A stretch of DNA of 64,000 bases, taken from assembly GCF_041956535.1 (NCBI RefSeq), contig NW_027192200.1:577477-641476 (forward strand). Direction: 5' to 3'. This document shows positions 12,437-25,238 of the stretch, piece by piece. The DNA is from Calcarisporiella thermophila CBS 279.70. Lineage: Eukaryota > Fungi > Calcarisporiellomycota. The number at the start of each line of letters is the position of its first letter. Position 1 is the stretch's first letter. A model generated the notes under the pieces. It did no database searches, was not told the origin of the DNA, and saw only the letters and a program-made list of their open reading frames with translations. A program made the position numbers and the translations under genes.

Positions 12437-14595
12437 ATGTCAAGCGAAGATTCCTCCGTGCGCCAAGCTGTTACCTCTCAGGAATACATTTCCATACCAG
12501 TGTCCAAGCGGCTCTCGACCATGACGGGCGAGGAGAAGTCGCAATCATGGACTTCCAAATTAAAAGACAATTTCGGCACAGCTGAAGGATGGTTTGGCAA
12601 CTATGACTACGGATTCTTGTGTATGCCACGAATTCCCTGGCTTACGCGCAGGCGTCATGTAAGCCCGTTCTTCGCTTTGAATACTAAATTGCCCATTGTT
12701 CTTGCCCTGGTGATGGGTTTCCAACACTCCCTTGGTATATTCGAACTGAGTCATTAGCTCATGAATAGCACTAACCCATGTCCCCATTATCTAGCAATGA
12801 TATCTGGCATCGTTACCCCGCCCTTGATTATTTCTGGCTCAGGAGACGGACATTTGAATCTTCCTGACGAAGGTACCCTCAGAATCATATATACCTTTTC
12901 TTTTCGGGCTAACTAACTCGGATGCTCTAAGATCGCCAATACCTCATCAGTGCCTCGTTACTTTGCTCGGGGTTTCTCTCCATTCTCCAAATCAGTCGGT
13001 TTAGACTTTTCAAAACTCGGTATTATGTTGGAGCTGGCCTTATCAGCGTCGTCGGCACGACTTTCACCATCATTCCTCTTGCGGAAGCTGTCATAAAGGA
13101 CATGTACAAAAGTAATGGCGGCTTTTTTTTTTCTTGGTTCTTTATTTTGAGAGAAACTAAAGGCTTCTTGCCGCCCATCCAGCCGGATTTTGTCCGTCGA
13201 CCGTAGGACCGGACGGAATCTTGACCAATCAACCTTGCCCGCAAGCATGGGGTGCCATTATCGGCACTGCGTTGGTGACATCCGTCATCCAGATGGCTTT
13301 ATCTTTCCTCCCACCTCGATTCCTTAGCCGCCTCTTCCCTCCCATCGTCACGGGTACCACGGTCACCCTCATGGGGACCGCGTTAATAGCAGCGGGTCTG
13401 AAATCGTGGGGAGGGGGCGCCGGCCCTTGTATCTCTCGGCCCCAAACCGGATTCTTTTCTCTCTGCCCCAATACATCGGTGCCCAATGCTTTAGCCTGGG
13501 GAGATTCGCACTGGATCGGACTCGGATTCTCGGTTTTCGCCACCATTCTCCTGATTGAATTTTTTGGATCCCCTTTCATGAAGAATGCATCGGTACATGT
13601 TTGTTTTGTTCCCCCCCCCCCCCATTCCACTCCTTATGCTAATGGCAGCGGCTACTTTGTCAGGTCATCATCGGCTTGATCGTGGGCACGATTATTGCGG
13701 CGGCGACCGGGCACGTCAATACCCAGACGATCAATTCTGCTCCCGTGATTACTTTTCTATGGGTGAAGGGCAGCTATTTCGGGTTTTCCGTCTACCCGCC
13801 TGCCATTCTCCCTCTGGTCATCGTGTACCTTGTGTCAGTAATAGAGTGTATCGGGGACGTAACGGCCAGCTGTGATGTGAGTAATGTGGCCGTGGAGGGG
13901 CCCGAGTTTGAGACCCGTATCCAGGGCAGCGTGCTTGCCAACGGTATCTCGTCGGCACTGTCGTCCATCATGACCAATTCGCCCATGGTCACCTTCGCCC
14001 AGAACAACGGTATCATTGCACTCACCCGATGCGCCAACCTAGGCGCCGGATACGCCTGCTGCTTCTTCCTCATCCTTATGGGCGTATTTGCAAAAATTGC
14101 TGCCTTTTTCTTGGCCATCCCGGATGCGAGTGAGTATTCTGACACACACCCACCGCTCCTATTCCCACTAACCAACGGACTCTTCTATCTATCCTAATCC
14201 CACCAGCCCTCGGCGGAATGACCACGTTTCTTTTCGCCACCGTCACGGGGTCGGGCATCCGCATTCTTGCCTATCTCGACTGGACCCGCCGCGATCGCTT
14301 CATTGTGGCATCCGCGCTATCCATCGGTATGGGCGTGAACATGGTTCCGGGCTGGTTTGAGCATGTTATTGTGTACAATGGCGACAGCGGTGCGATCAGG
14401 GGGCTTGTCAGCTCGGTGAATGTGTTCGTGGGCACCGGCTTCTGTATCGGAGGCTTTATCGCCATCATTCTCAACCTGATCCTACCAAAGGAGGAGGCCG
14501 AGTTTTGGGAGGAGGACGTAGAGGCTGCCTCTGGTAACTCATTAGGGCATGGTAAACAGGCCACGGAGACCGAGGATGTATCTAAAGAGAATTGA
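12437..14595 (+). CDS. NAT/NCS2 xanthine-uric acid permease (UapA/UapC-like)
   Basis: GFQHSL in TM1, NAT signature QNNGIIALTRCAN, many TM segments, about 6 exons. Confidence 0.93.
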
Positions 14596-14680
14596 CGCGT
14601 ATTTAATTTATTGTATACGAAACATCCGTGCCGATTTCCTTATTTCATGTATTTGTGACCTTGTTGTATTAATTTATTGA

Positions 14681-17019
14681 ATGAATAACCCCAATGCTTT
14701 CGACTCCCTCAGACCTGACATGATGGACGAATTGGACGAAGAAGCACAAATTCAGCGCGCCATTGCTTTATCACTAGGCCTTGTGGAGGAGGAGCCCACT
14801 CGCCAAATAATTGCAGAGCATTCGCGGATTCCTCTCGAGGATACGAATCCCGTGCCAACATCGAAACAAGAACCGTCCCGGGATTCTGCGCCCTCTTCAT
14901 CCTCGAACTTCATCATGTCTCGTGCACAGATGGAGCGCGAACGCCTTGAGCGTGTCGCGAAACGAAAAAGAGAGGAAAATACGGGGAATAATGGCGTGAA
15001 AATTCCAAAAACATCTCATGGAAGCCTCCTCGATCAAGATTCGGATCACGGCGCACTCCATACCAAAGCGGCCCAAAGTCAAAAGGCTGCGCTTGCTGCA
15101 GATTCTAATCGTGAGTTGAAATCAAAGATGAGTGGGAGCAGAGTGAACGAGGAATTCAAGGAAGGGAAGTTGGCACTGACCTATGTCGAAGGACATCCGC
15201 TTCATGATAAACTGCGTTTCGAGGATATAGTGGACAAGGTGCTTCTCTAATAGGAAGTGTCTCGTAAGTCATGGCCTCATTTAACTGCTTTTCGATATGA
15301 TGTTAGACCAATCTGAGAAGGGCTCTCTTCTCCGCGTTTCAGCTGGACGCGGTTTGGCTGAAAGCCTACCTGCCTCCTGATATCCCCGTGTGTTTGGTGG
15401 TGCACCCGGAGCAAAAGGTGAAGCAGACGAATCCCCTTTGCATTTGTCGATTGACCATTTTATTTACCTACGCACGATATAGTCCGACAAGGGCACGGTA
15501 AAAGTCCAAGGTCGAATCACTTTAGTAGAACCCCCCATGCAAAAGTACGGCTACGGTACGATGCATGCAAAACTCATTGCACTTCAATACCCGACCTTCT
15601 TGAGAATTGCAATCTGCTCGGGCAATCTAGTCAGCTACGATTGGAACCTGCTGGAAAATGTAAGCATGTAAATCTGTAGCCCTTAGGATGGGGAAAAGCG
15701 CAGGCCTAACGATGTGTGTTCCCCCCTTGGACCACAGGTTGTCTATGTTCAAGATTTCCCCTCCTTCCCAGTGCCTGGCGGTGTCGACTCCTCCGAGTTT
15801 TCCCGTGACCTCTTGGACTTTGTTACTGCCATGTGTGTGCCCTCCACTTTCTTAGCCATGTTTTCGGATTACGATTTTTCAAAAGCGAGGGTGAGTTGGC
15901 CTTTCACATCGGTTTCACCCATCACTCCATCTTAATTGAGGATGTCTTCGTCGAAATAGGTGCAGCTTGTGTGCTCGAAACCGGGAACCCATAGCGGCGC
16001 TGATCTGGAGAAGTATGGCCACACACGGCTTGCTCACCTGGTCCGTAAGTGCGGGGCACAATGCGATTTAGAGGATGGCCTTGCCGTTGAGTGTCAAGTA
16101 AACTTTTCTCTATCCACTCTATTTTTTTTTTCGCCCATTTTATTCGTCATTCATTGCGTAGACCTCATCGCTAGGGTCTCTTAACCGAAGCTACCTGCTG
16201 GAGCTCTACCGGTCTTTTTGCGGGCAGCCACTTTCGGAATCACGCACCCACAAACTAGAGTCTCCAGAGCTTCCCCCTGTAGCTATCATATACCCCACCC
16301 TGCAGACGGTGGAGACCAGCTCTCTAGGGCCACAGGTAAAGCCCATGAGGGTTTTTATCCTCCCACTTGCACTCGCTGAGCTGTCGTTCTCTCCCTCATG
16401 ATGTATAGAATGCTGGCACGATTTGCTTTCGCAACGAGTACTACCAGAACCCTCAGTTCCCCCGGGGATGTCTGTATGACTGCAAAAGCCGGCGGAAAGG
16501 CTGCCTCATGCATACCAAGGTAGGTTAGGTGTTTTGCCAGTTTTCTGGCGGCTTTGAGTCGCGATCAATGCGTGCTCATGTTGGAGCCTAGTTCATCCTA
16601 GCCGGATTTCTGGAGGAAAAGCGGATCAGCGACCATCGCAGGCTGGGCGGATGGTTTTATTGCGGGTGAGTTCATGCGATGCTTCCCTGCACATTCCTAT
16701 AAAAGGCGATGGACTGAGATCTCTCCTATAGAAGCCATAATTTTTCCAAATCGGCATGGTATGTAGGAAGGATGGTTTATTAGGCGTGTTGGCACTCACC
16801 GCGCCATGTCTGTTTAGGGGGGTCCAATCTCGATCACGTAATAGGCAACTGCAGCTTCGCATCAACAACTGGGAACTGGGCTGTTTTGTCCCACTCTACT
16901 CCACCTGCAAAACCGGTGGCGGCCAAGATTGGTTCGTGCAACATGGCGTTCCTGTTCCCTACGTCCGACCACCTGATGCATACGGCTCTGGTGACAAGCC
17001 TTGGCTGCAAACCTCCTGA
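14681..17019 (+). CDS. TDP1: Tyrosyl-DNA phosphodiesterase 1 with N-terminal UIM-like motif
   Basis: Two HxK catalytic motifs (GTMHAKL, LMHTK), GSHNFSKSAWG, INNWELG and PVPYVRPPDAYGSGDKPW. EEAQIQRAIALSL is UIM-like. Confidence 0.9.
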
Positions 17020-18426
17020 TGCCTCCTCCTTTTAGCTCCCCTCGTTGCATGGATCTTGCGCCCTCCGCCGTAGTGGCCCATCAAAAGGATCTCAGACTGC
17101 CCAAACGGTCCATCTGCCGACATGGCCCTGATGCCGGCAGAAACTTCCAGCAACGGCACAAATTAATAAAGACAAGCTTTCGTTCTGCTGGACCACCCTG
17201 CGTGCTCAATGTGATGACAAGTTGCGCAAAACAAACGTAAACGCAAATGATGCTGTCACTTTCAAGGGAGAGTCCGTCAGTCAAATGTCAATCCACGAAA
17301 TGAGGTGTCAGAATTGGCACCGAGGGCTGGCGCCAGCCCTGCTGGGAGAGAAGTCGGCGCACGCTCCAAGGAATTGGACGCGTCTCCTTTTCTTCAGTAA
17401 GGGCGATGGCCGGGCAGACGCACAGCGTGTCTCTGCCGTAAAACCTCCCCGGGGATCGTTTCCTTCTTCGAAGGCTCCATTTTGGATAAGGAGGACGGGA
17501 CTTGCTCGCATGGTAAGGAGCATTTGATTAGGAAATCCCCAAAACTCCACTAGTCATGACAAACTATAAAGAAATGGCGAATCCAATTTTAACCATCCGG
17601 CCTGCTCAACCCCGAGCAACCTTACGCGGCCGTCGCAAGCCCGGCTCTGGCTTCAGGTTTTCACGGCGCTCCGTTGGAGTCCCCTCATCTGACTCCAGGG
17701 GTGGGCCGCTCCTATTTGTTTGCGGAAGAAAGATCGGACTCCATGGTTGCACTCTACCCATCACATGCGACGTCCTCTTTATTCTATTTTATTTTTTTTT
17801 TGTTTGCTGAGCTGGCTCCCCGCACTTGAGCGCCAGCCTCCGCGATTTCTGCTCCGACCCGTCTTTTCTTTTGGCTGTGTTGTTGGTGCAGACCGGTTTC
17901 CTCCAGTTCCCGGGAGGCCCACGTCGCTGCAGCGTCGCCTACGCGACGTCCCAAGAATGTAAAGGGAAAACAGGGGACCCAGCTCCACGCAGCCTTATCG
18001 CCGGGGCCGGGGGCTTGAGGAGGGGCTGGCGGGGGAGATGGGCTACGGGCAGCCGCCCACATGCTGCAGGCTCGCTTTTAGCTTGGTGCGGCCGAGCTAA
18101 TGGCTTCTGATACTTTTCTTGAGCCCGGAGGCCTCGCTTGCGTCGCGACGGGGTTCCTGAGAAAACAGGTCAGGCCAAATGAAACCTTAGATTCGGATGG
18201 TCCCATTGGCGTCATCCGGCAAGTCACCTCGACTCTGCCCCCTCCGAAGCTTTTTTTTTCCCCTCCCTTGGCCGGCAAAATTAGGTTGCATCCGTGCTGG
18301 AACCTCCGCGTGAGGAGAGCTGCCGAGGCCCTCGCGTTATATAAACGATTGTGCCCCCTGGCGCCTCGCCCGAGGCCTCTTTCCATTTGCCTCGCCCCCG
18401 TGCTTCCGCCGATTCTGGATCTGGAA

Positions 18427-19302
18427 ATGGAAAAACAATCAAGCACCGCACAAGGCTATAGCAACACCATGTCCATATCGCGCCTCCTGGCCGACTCGCT
18501 CCCGCCCGCCGCCCCCGCGCTACTCTCGCCCCCATCCCCTTGGCCCCACGTGGCTCTATCGCGCAACAAGCCAGCAACGGCAAAGCATCCCAGAGAGCCA
18601 TCGCCCATTGTGAATGCGGCCGAGCATTACTACCATGAATTAGCTCTCCATTCCAAATCATCCAATTCGCCCCCGCCCGATGAATTCCCATCATCGCCAT
18701 CCACCCGCTCCCCCTCTACTTCCTTTCAGCCGCGGCCATCAAAGCCCTCCCCAAAAGCAAGCAAAAGCGCGCGTCGCACCCCAAGGAAGGATGCGCCAAT
18801 CCACGTCGACCCCTCCCTCTCGGATTGGGAGCGTCGCGAGCGTAATAAGCTTGCCTCTGCCAAATACCGCTCCAAGAAGAACGATGAAAACCGAAAGGTC
18901 CGCATGCAACTCCAGGCCTTAACGGAGATAAGCCGCTTGATGCGCGTGCAGCTTGCGGATTCGCGCCGCGAGATCGCCCGGCTACGATTGGAAGCCGACG
19001 AGTTGCGAGCGAAACTGGCCGCCGGCCAGTATCTTGCCCAATTCGGCCTTGCGGTGCATCCTGCCGCTTTGTCCAAAGAGGCTGGCACGCCCAGGACCTC
19101 CGAGCACATATCCTGCCCAACCTCGCCTTCGGCCGAGTGGGCCCCCTCCCGGGCTGGATCAGTAGGAATGGCGCCATCGCGATCCTTGCCCTCGTCGGAC
19201 AGGGGATATTTCCCCCTCCCTACTCCTGCGCACAATTCGCTCTGGCTTCGGCAGAGCCCGTGCTCCGTAGTAGGCCACGCTGGTCTCCACTGCTCGTCAT
19301 GA
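18427..19302 (+). CDS. Intronless bZIP transcription factor
   Basis: Basic region RRERNKLASAKYRSKK followed by Leu heptads. A TATATAAA at about 18338-18345 favours the ATG at 18427 (or 18469) over the ORF start at 18100. Confidence 0.8.
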   Translation: MEKQSSTAQGYSNTMSISRLLADSLPPAAPALLSPPSPWPHVALSRNKPATAKHPREPSPIVNAAEHYYHELALHSKSSNSPPPDEFPSSPSTRSPSTSFQPRPSKPSPKASKSARRTPRKDAPIHVDPSLSDWERRERNKLASAKYRSKKNDENRKVRMQLQALTEISRLMRVQLADSRREIARLRLEADELRAKLAAGQYLAQFGLAVHPAALSKEAGTPRTSEHISCPTSPSAEWAPSRAGSVGMAPSRSLPSSDRGYFPLPTPAHNSLWLRQSPCSVVGHAGLHCSS

Positions 19303-19937
19303 AGCAGTGCAGAAGGCACGCCCCCATGTCGGGGGGTGGAAAAGCCCCACCAAAAGCAAATAGGCTACCCTATCGCCAGCTCCTTTCCTCCCCGATTCAA
19401 CCAGCCCTCGACTGTGCGGTTTCTATTATAAATGTACCTCTTATAAATATCTAGAGCATGCTCTTCTAGGTAACGCGCTAATCTGTAATTTCCCCCCCCC
19501 CCCTCTCTTTCCCATTCTACCACACTCTGCACAAAGCCTTCCGCGTATTGTTTGTAAAGTTGTATACTTCTCCCTTGAGCAAAGCCTATCCATACCATTC
19601 GTACTTGACTTTCTTAGGTTCATTGATTCTTCTTCGTGTATTTAACACATAACTGCCTCAACTATATCCCATTAAAGACTGTGTCGATATTTTTCATTTT
19701 ATTTCTTATCCTACAGTTGACGAGTATAAGCAATCGTTTTACTACAGACATACAAATAATGTGTGTGATGGTCACTGCGAAAAAAAAAATCAATAAAAAC
19801 TAGGCCATCACAGAAAGTAAACCAAACTAAACATAAGTGATTTACGCAATTGTCAAAAATAGAACCTAAAAGCGTGCCTATTCACCGCCTTTTTTTTTAC
19901 AAAGCAACTCATACTGGTTCTCTGGGGGAAAGATCGT

Positions 19938-20583
<646 letters not shown>

Positions 20584-20774
20584 ACTTATAATGTAATGGT
20601 TCAAGCGATACAACTGAAGAAGAAAGGAGAGTGAAAGAAGAAATTGGATCTTTTTTTTAACAAAAAATGGGTGACGTAACATTTCCATTTCTTGTTTTCT
20701 ACTTCGCTTGCAACCCCCCCCCCTGGAAATCAAACAAAATCACTTTTGTTAGAATACTTGTTTCTCGTAGAATA

Positions 20775-21123
20775 ATGGGCGGGTACTACGTTATCGCAGG
20801 GCAGAAAGTCGCCAATCACTGGGTACGTTATCGATCGCTATGCCCTGCTACGTTCAGGATAAACCTTGGCGATTTGCTCGGCTTTCACACCCTCAGATCC
20901 TAACATTGCATCTTTTTCTTTGGTCGTTATGTATAAATAGCTCTCCATCGGCACTATTGGTCTGTTCACTCTTGGCATTTTCGCCGCTACTGGCGGAAAC
21001 AAGGATGCTAAACCCAGAGCTGGTGCATTGCCCCCCATCAACGCAGCCTCAAAAGAGGAGGAGGAGTTCATCCGAAATTTCGTGATGCAGGCCGAGAAGG
21101 AGGAGAAAGAGGCGAAGCATTAA
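20775..21123 (+). CDS. ATP19: Mitochondrial ATP synthase subunit k
   Basis: MGGYYVIAGQKVANHW|LSIGTIGLF...PPINAASKEEEEFIRNFV with intron 20823-20940. Confidence 0.85.
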
Positions 21124-21632
21124 AGTGCATATCTAATGTTTTATTCTTTCTGCCTTGTTTTGTTATCGACATAGAGTTTCTTTCTTTTTTTTTCATGCCC
21201 TCTCAAAATGCTTCCCAATGTTGGATAAACGCTTGTTTCTATTTACCTGAAATGGGTCCGACTAAACTTTCGGCCGTCTGGCTCCAGTATTCGCTTCCCC
21301 TGAAGTATTCGCTTCAAAATGAACGGTTAAATAGCTTCGTTTTCAGCCGATTTTCTCTCCCCACATTTATTCCCATGCCTCATACAAGAGGATGTCGCAC
21401 TCTACAGTGGGTGGACTCAATGTGGTATTGACAAACCGAAATCAGTTTGCCGCAGATCCGTAATTAAAGGCCACTTTACATTATTATTGGGGGGCTACTG
21501 TTTAAAGATAATAGTATTGCAAAAAGTCCTAGATTCATTTCCAGCGTTTATTACAGATTCACGGAGGATGATTTGAGGATATATGGTTCGATGGTTCTTA
21601 AATTTATCTATCCCCTTGGATAGACCTGCCTC

Positions 21633-22776
21633 TTAAATATGGATGACACCCTCAATCACGGTAACCGACTTTCCGGCTAAAATAGCTACCTCCTTGCCAT
21701 CTTTCTCAGCCAGAGTAACCTCCATTTCGCCCGTGCGAGGAGAGCATTGCCGTGCTGATAAGGTGGTTTTCCCGAGAATATTTCCCCAGTAGGGTCCCAA
21801 GAGAGTGTGCGCCGCACCTATTGCATCGGGTGAAAATCATAGTAACAAGAAGGAGATATAAATACAACGGTGCAATTGAGGAGAATGGAAAATCATCTCA
21901 CCGGTGACCGGGTCTTCGTCTATGCCAAACCAAGGCCCAAACAAACGTGAGCACATGTCCAGGTTTTCTTCATCCGCTTTCACCGTCACTATGATTGCGC
22001 CTAATTCAAGATCAACCTTTTTGGAAACTTCGAGCATTTGCTTGAAATCTGGCTTAATGACTCGTAAATCTGTCTCTGTACCCTCCATATGAATCAGCAA
22101 GAACTTGAGAAAGCGGTTGTATTGGAGAGCAACAATTTTCGGTAGATTCTCGCCATATAGGGTGTGAAGTAGATCAGTAAGCTCCGGGGTCTGCTCCAAT
22201 TCAGCCGAAGGATTCTGAGGCAGAGTGATATTGATCAGGTTGGTTTTGGGATCTTTGTTGCCGACTAATGTGCCGGACAGAGTGGCAAAAGAGACAGAGC
22301 TAGCAGGATTCTTAATATTGTTCAAAATGACATGAGTGGTTGCCAGCGTTGCCTATAGGCAGGACCCATTAGATTTGATGATCAATATAAAGCATTCTCT
22401 CCGATGCAGTCATAAGTTGTTGGCTTACATGACCACACAAAACCACCTCAACAGTGGGTGTAAACCACCGAAGCGAAAAATGCGTCGCAGTTTCGAATGT
22501 CTCGCCATCAAGCGGGGTAACAAATGCAGTCTCTGCTAAATTCACCTCGGCTATGTATAGGTAAACGAGCCGTTAGCTTCACGCAGCAATGAATGATTCG
22601 CATTCTTGCGACGCGCAGGCTAACCTACCGGCGATAGACTGAAGCGTGGCATCGGGCAGATGAACATCTTTGGGGATTAAAGCCACACCAGCCGGATTGC
22701 CGGAAAAAACGCCTTTGGAGGAGGCGAAGGCATCTACTGTGAAGAACTGCAAGGATTTGGGAGAAGGGGAAGCCAT
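21633..22776 (-). CDS. PhzF/PhzC-family isomerase-like protein, 4 exons
   Basis: VDAF..GNPAGV, AEVNLAETAFV, WFTPTVEVVLCGHATLA, EDPVTG and final LAGKSVTVIEG motifs. Confidence 0.9.
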
Positions 22777-23849
22777 ACCTAATGAATTTGTCGGGCTTCG
22801 AAGAGATCGCAACTGCCTTTTAAATTCTCGCACGGTCATTATCCATCGTTCGTTCATTGGCGGAAAATTTGGGTTGATCGCTTGACTCAGGGGGGGGTGA
22901 ATTCAGTTGAGCTGTATACATTTTTTGTCAGAACCGCGCCTCGAATGTGCAAATAATGAACGAATCTTCGGGAAGCTGGGCGAGAAAGGGGTTGACAACG
23001 GCCTAGGATGGCCCTCTTTATTAGTCATCAAATTGTTCATAGTGCGCAGTAAATTTAGCGCTTTTACAACCCTTTGTCGACCTAAAGCGGCCGGGGCTAA
23101 CCATGGAAATGGAGAGCTATTTTGTCTGAAATCTAGAAACCCAGGGATATGGTCGAGTGCATTTATCCGTGGATGGAGTTGTATTTTGGGCTTGTTGCAG
23201 ACCATTGAAACTCGAACTCTCTCTATCTCTAATGACCTTTTATTCCCGGCATTTCAACGAGTTTCCTCTACATACAGAGGCGGTGTTGTCTGCTAACTTG
23301 AGCTTGGCATTACAACATTTCGGACTTCAACCACAATCGTGAAGGTTGCAGCTCAATGTCATCGGAGGATACCCTAGGGGACTTGCAATATCTTCTAATT
23401 GTTTAGTAACGCATTGTTCAACAGCCCATCCAACGGTGCGATTTACTTTAGTTTCTGTACTCTGTTCAGTGCAAATGATACCTCTGCTTTTCTTACATCT
23501 TGGCTTACCAAGATTTCAGGGCCTTTTCTGGATCCGTTACACCTGCCAAAGATTGAATTTGTGAAAATTATTTGGTTACTCTAATTGGTAATCATTTAGT
23601 TTAACTGAGAAACGTGCTCTTCCTCGCAGGTTGACATGCAAGAAAGTCTTTAATACCCTCGCACAGTATCTCTGCATGGCCTGGCGGGAATCATTTTTTG
23701 GTCTTACAAACATTTACTATAAATATTTTTCGTTCTGTATAAAAACCGAGGCAACAGTGTACAGCTACGCTAATCTCGATAAAATCCTCCTCTCACTACT
23801 TCCTCTTCAAATTATCCTCCCATCCCATTCTTTTTTATCATTCTTTACC

Positions 23850-24845
23850 ATGTTAAAAAACCTCCTTTTCGTTGCAGTTACCCTGACTGCATTGGCGAGC
23901 TCCTTTGCTGCACCTGCCACTGAGAAGCCATTGACCACATTTTTCGTGGCCAGTGACACCCATAGAGACTATGACGATCTGGCACGAGCGCTCCAAGACA
24001 TGTCAGCCCTAGACCCCAAGTACCAGGCTCTCGTGATCAACGGAGATCTCACCGACTCCGGGTCAGAGCAAGAATACGCCGCCACCATTGCAACCATCAA
24101 TAAGAATCCACATCCCGATAGGATATTCTATAACATCGGCAACCATGAACTGTGCTCTGACGGAACTGAGGAGGAGAAGTTTGCACGCTATAAAAGACTG
24201 ACCAAGGAGCCAAAGATTTATTATGAGCGCAATGTCGACGGCTTCCCTTTTCTCTTTTTGGGCACTGAGACGTACGTATTCCTCACGCGCCTGTTAATTT
24301 GAATGATGAGAGCGGCCGTTTAATATATTCTTATTCCAAATAGGTTCAAAAATAAATGCTATGGCGTTTGGTTTAGCCCCGAGCAGTTAGCTTGGCTTAA
24401 AGAACGGCTTCGATCTCACGGTGACACCGGAAAACCTATTTTCGTTTATTCGCACTTCCCTATTCATGGTACGACTTCGGGCAGCCAAGGGTACGAAACT
24501 ACCTACGCGCAAGGAAAGGAGCTCTTGGATCTCTTGGGCCAATATCCCCAGGTCATTTTGTTTACCGGTCATACTCACTATAAGCTTTATCTCGATGATT
24601 GGCAGGCGCGCAAAGTGGTTGAGGGAGGAAATCCTAAAGGTTTCCAGTTGATTAACACCGGGTTTATCCAGACGGAATGGGCAAGGGATGCCAAAGGCAA
24701 CGAGTACGTTCCACGTAATGGCTGGTTAGAGAATCAATCGCTTTACGTTCAAGTCTATCGCGACCGTGTGGTCGTCACTGGCCGTGATCATTTCCAGAAA
24801 AAATGGATCCAAAAGCTCGAAATCCCTTATCGCGTCCAACCTTAA
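23850..24845 (+). CDS. Secreted calcineurin-like metallophosphoesterase, 2 exons
   Basis: Signal peptide plus motifs SDTH, GDLTD, GNHE, HFP and TGHTH. Intron 24272-24342. Confidence 0.88.
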
Positions 24846-25238
24846 TTAGCTTATATCTATTATCCAATTTTTTATCGTAGGTGCAAACAATGTTAATTAA
24901 TTCCTTCTGGGTAATGAGTGAGTGCTTTAGACTTAATAAAATTTAATCGGAAGAGTAAAATCAGAGACATAGCATGGAAACAGGTGGGCTGAATAACGCT
25001 CATCCTTTATTATGAAATTTAAAGTTATGGTTAATTAGTCCGAATTAGAGCATACGTGTCTAAACCTTTTCACATTCATGTTGTAACTCCTACATATGAA
25101 AACGTACTGTTTTTCGTAGAGGGAGCTCCAGTAGTTTGAAAGATCCGTTCGATATTCAAAGGAAAGAAAAAAAGATCGTCTCGTTGTTGGGGTACACAAT
25201 TAGAACTTACAAAAAATAAATGCAGGTAACATATAGTT

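Noticed and set aside
18100-18426. 109-codon upstream extension of the bZIP ORF
   Set aside because: It contains the likely TATA box and looks like promoter sequence that is open by chance
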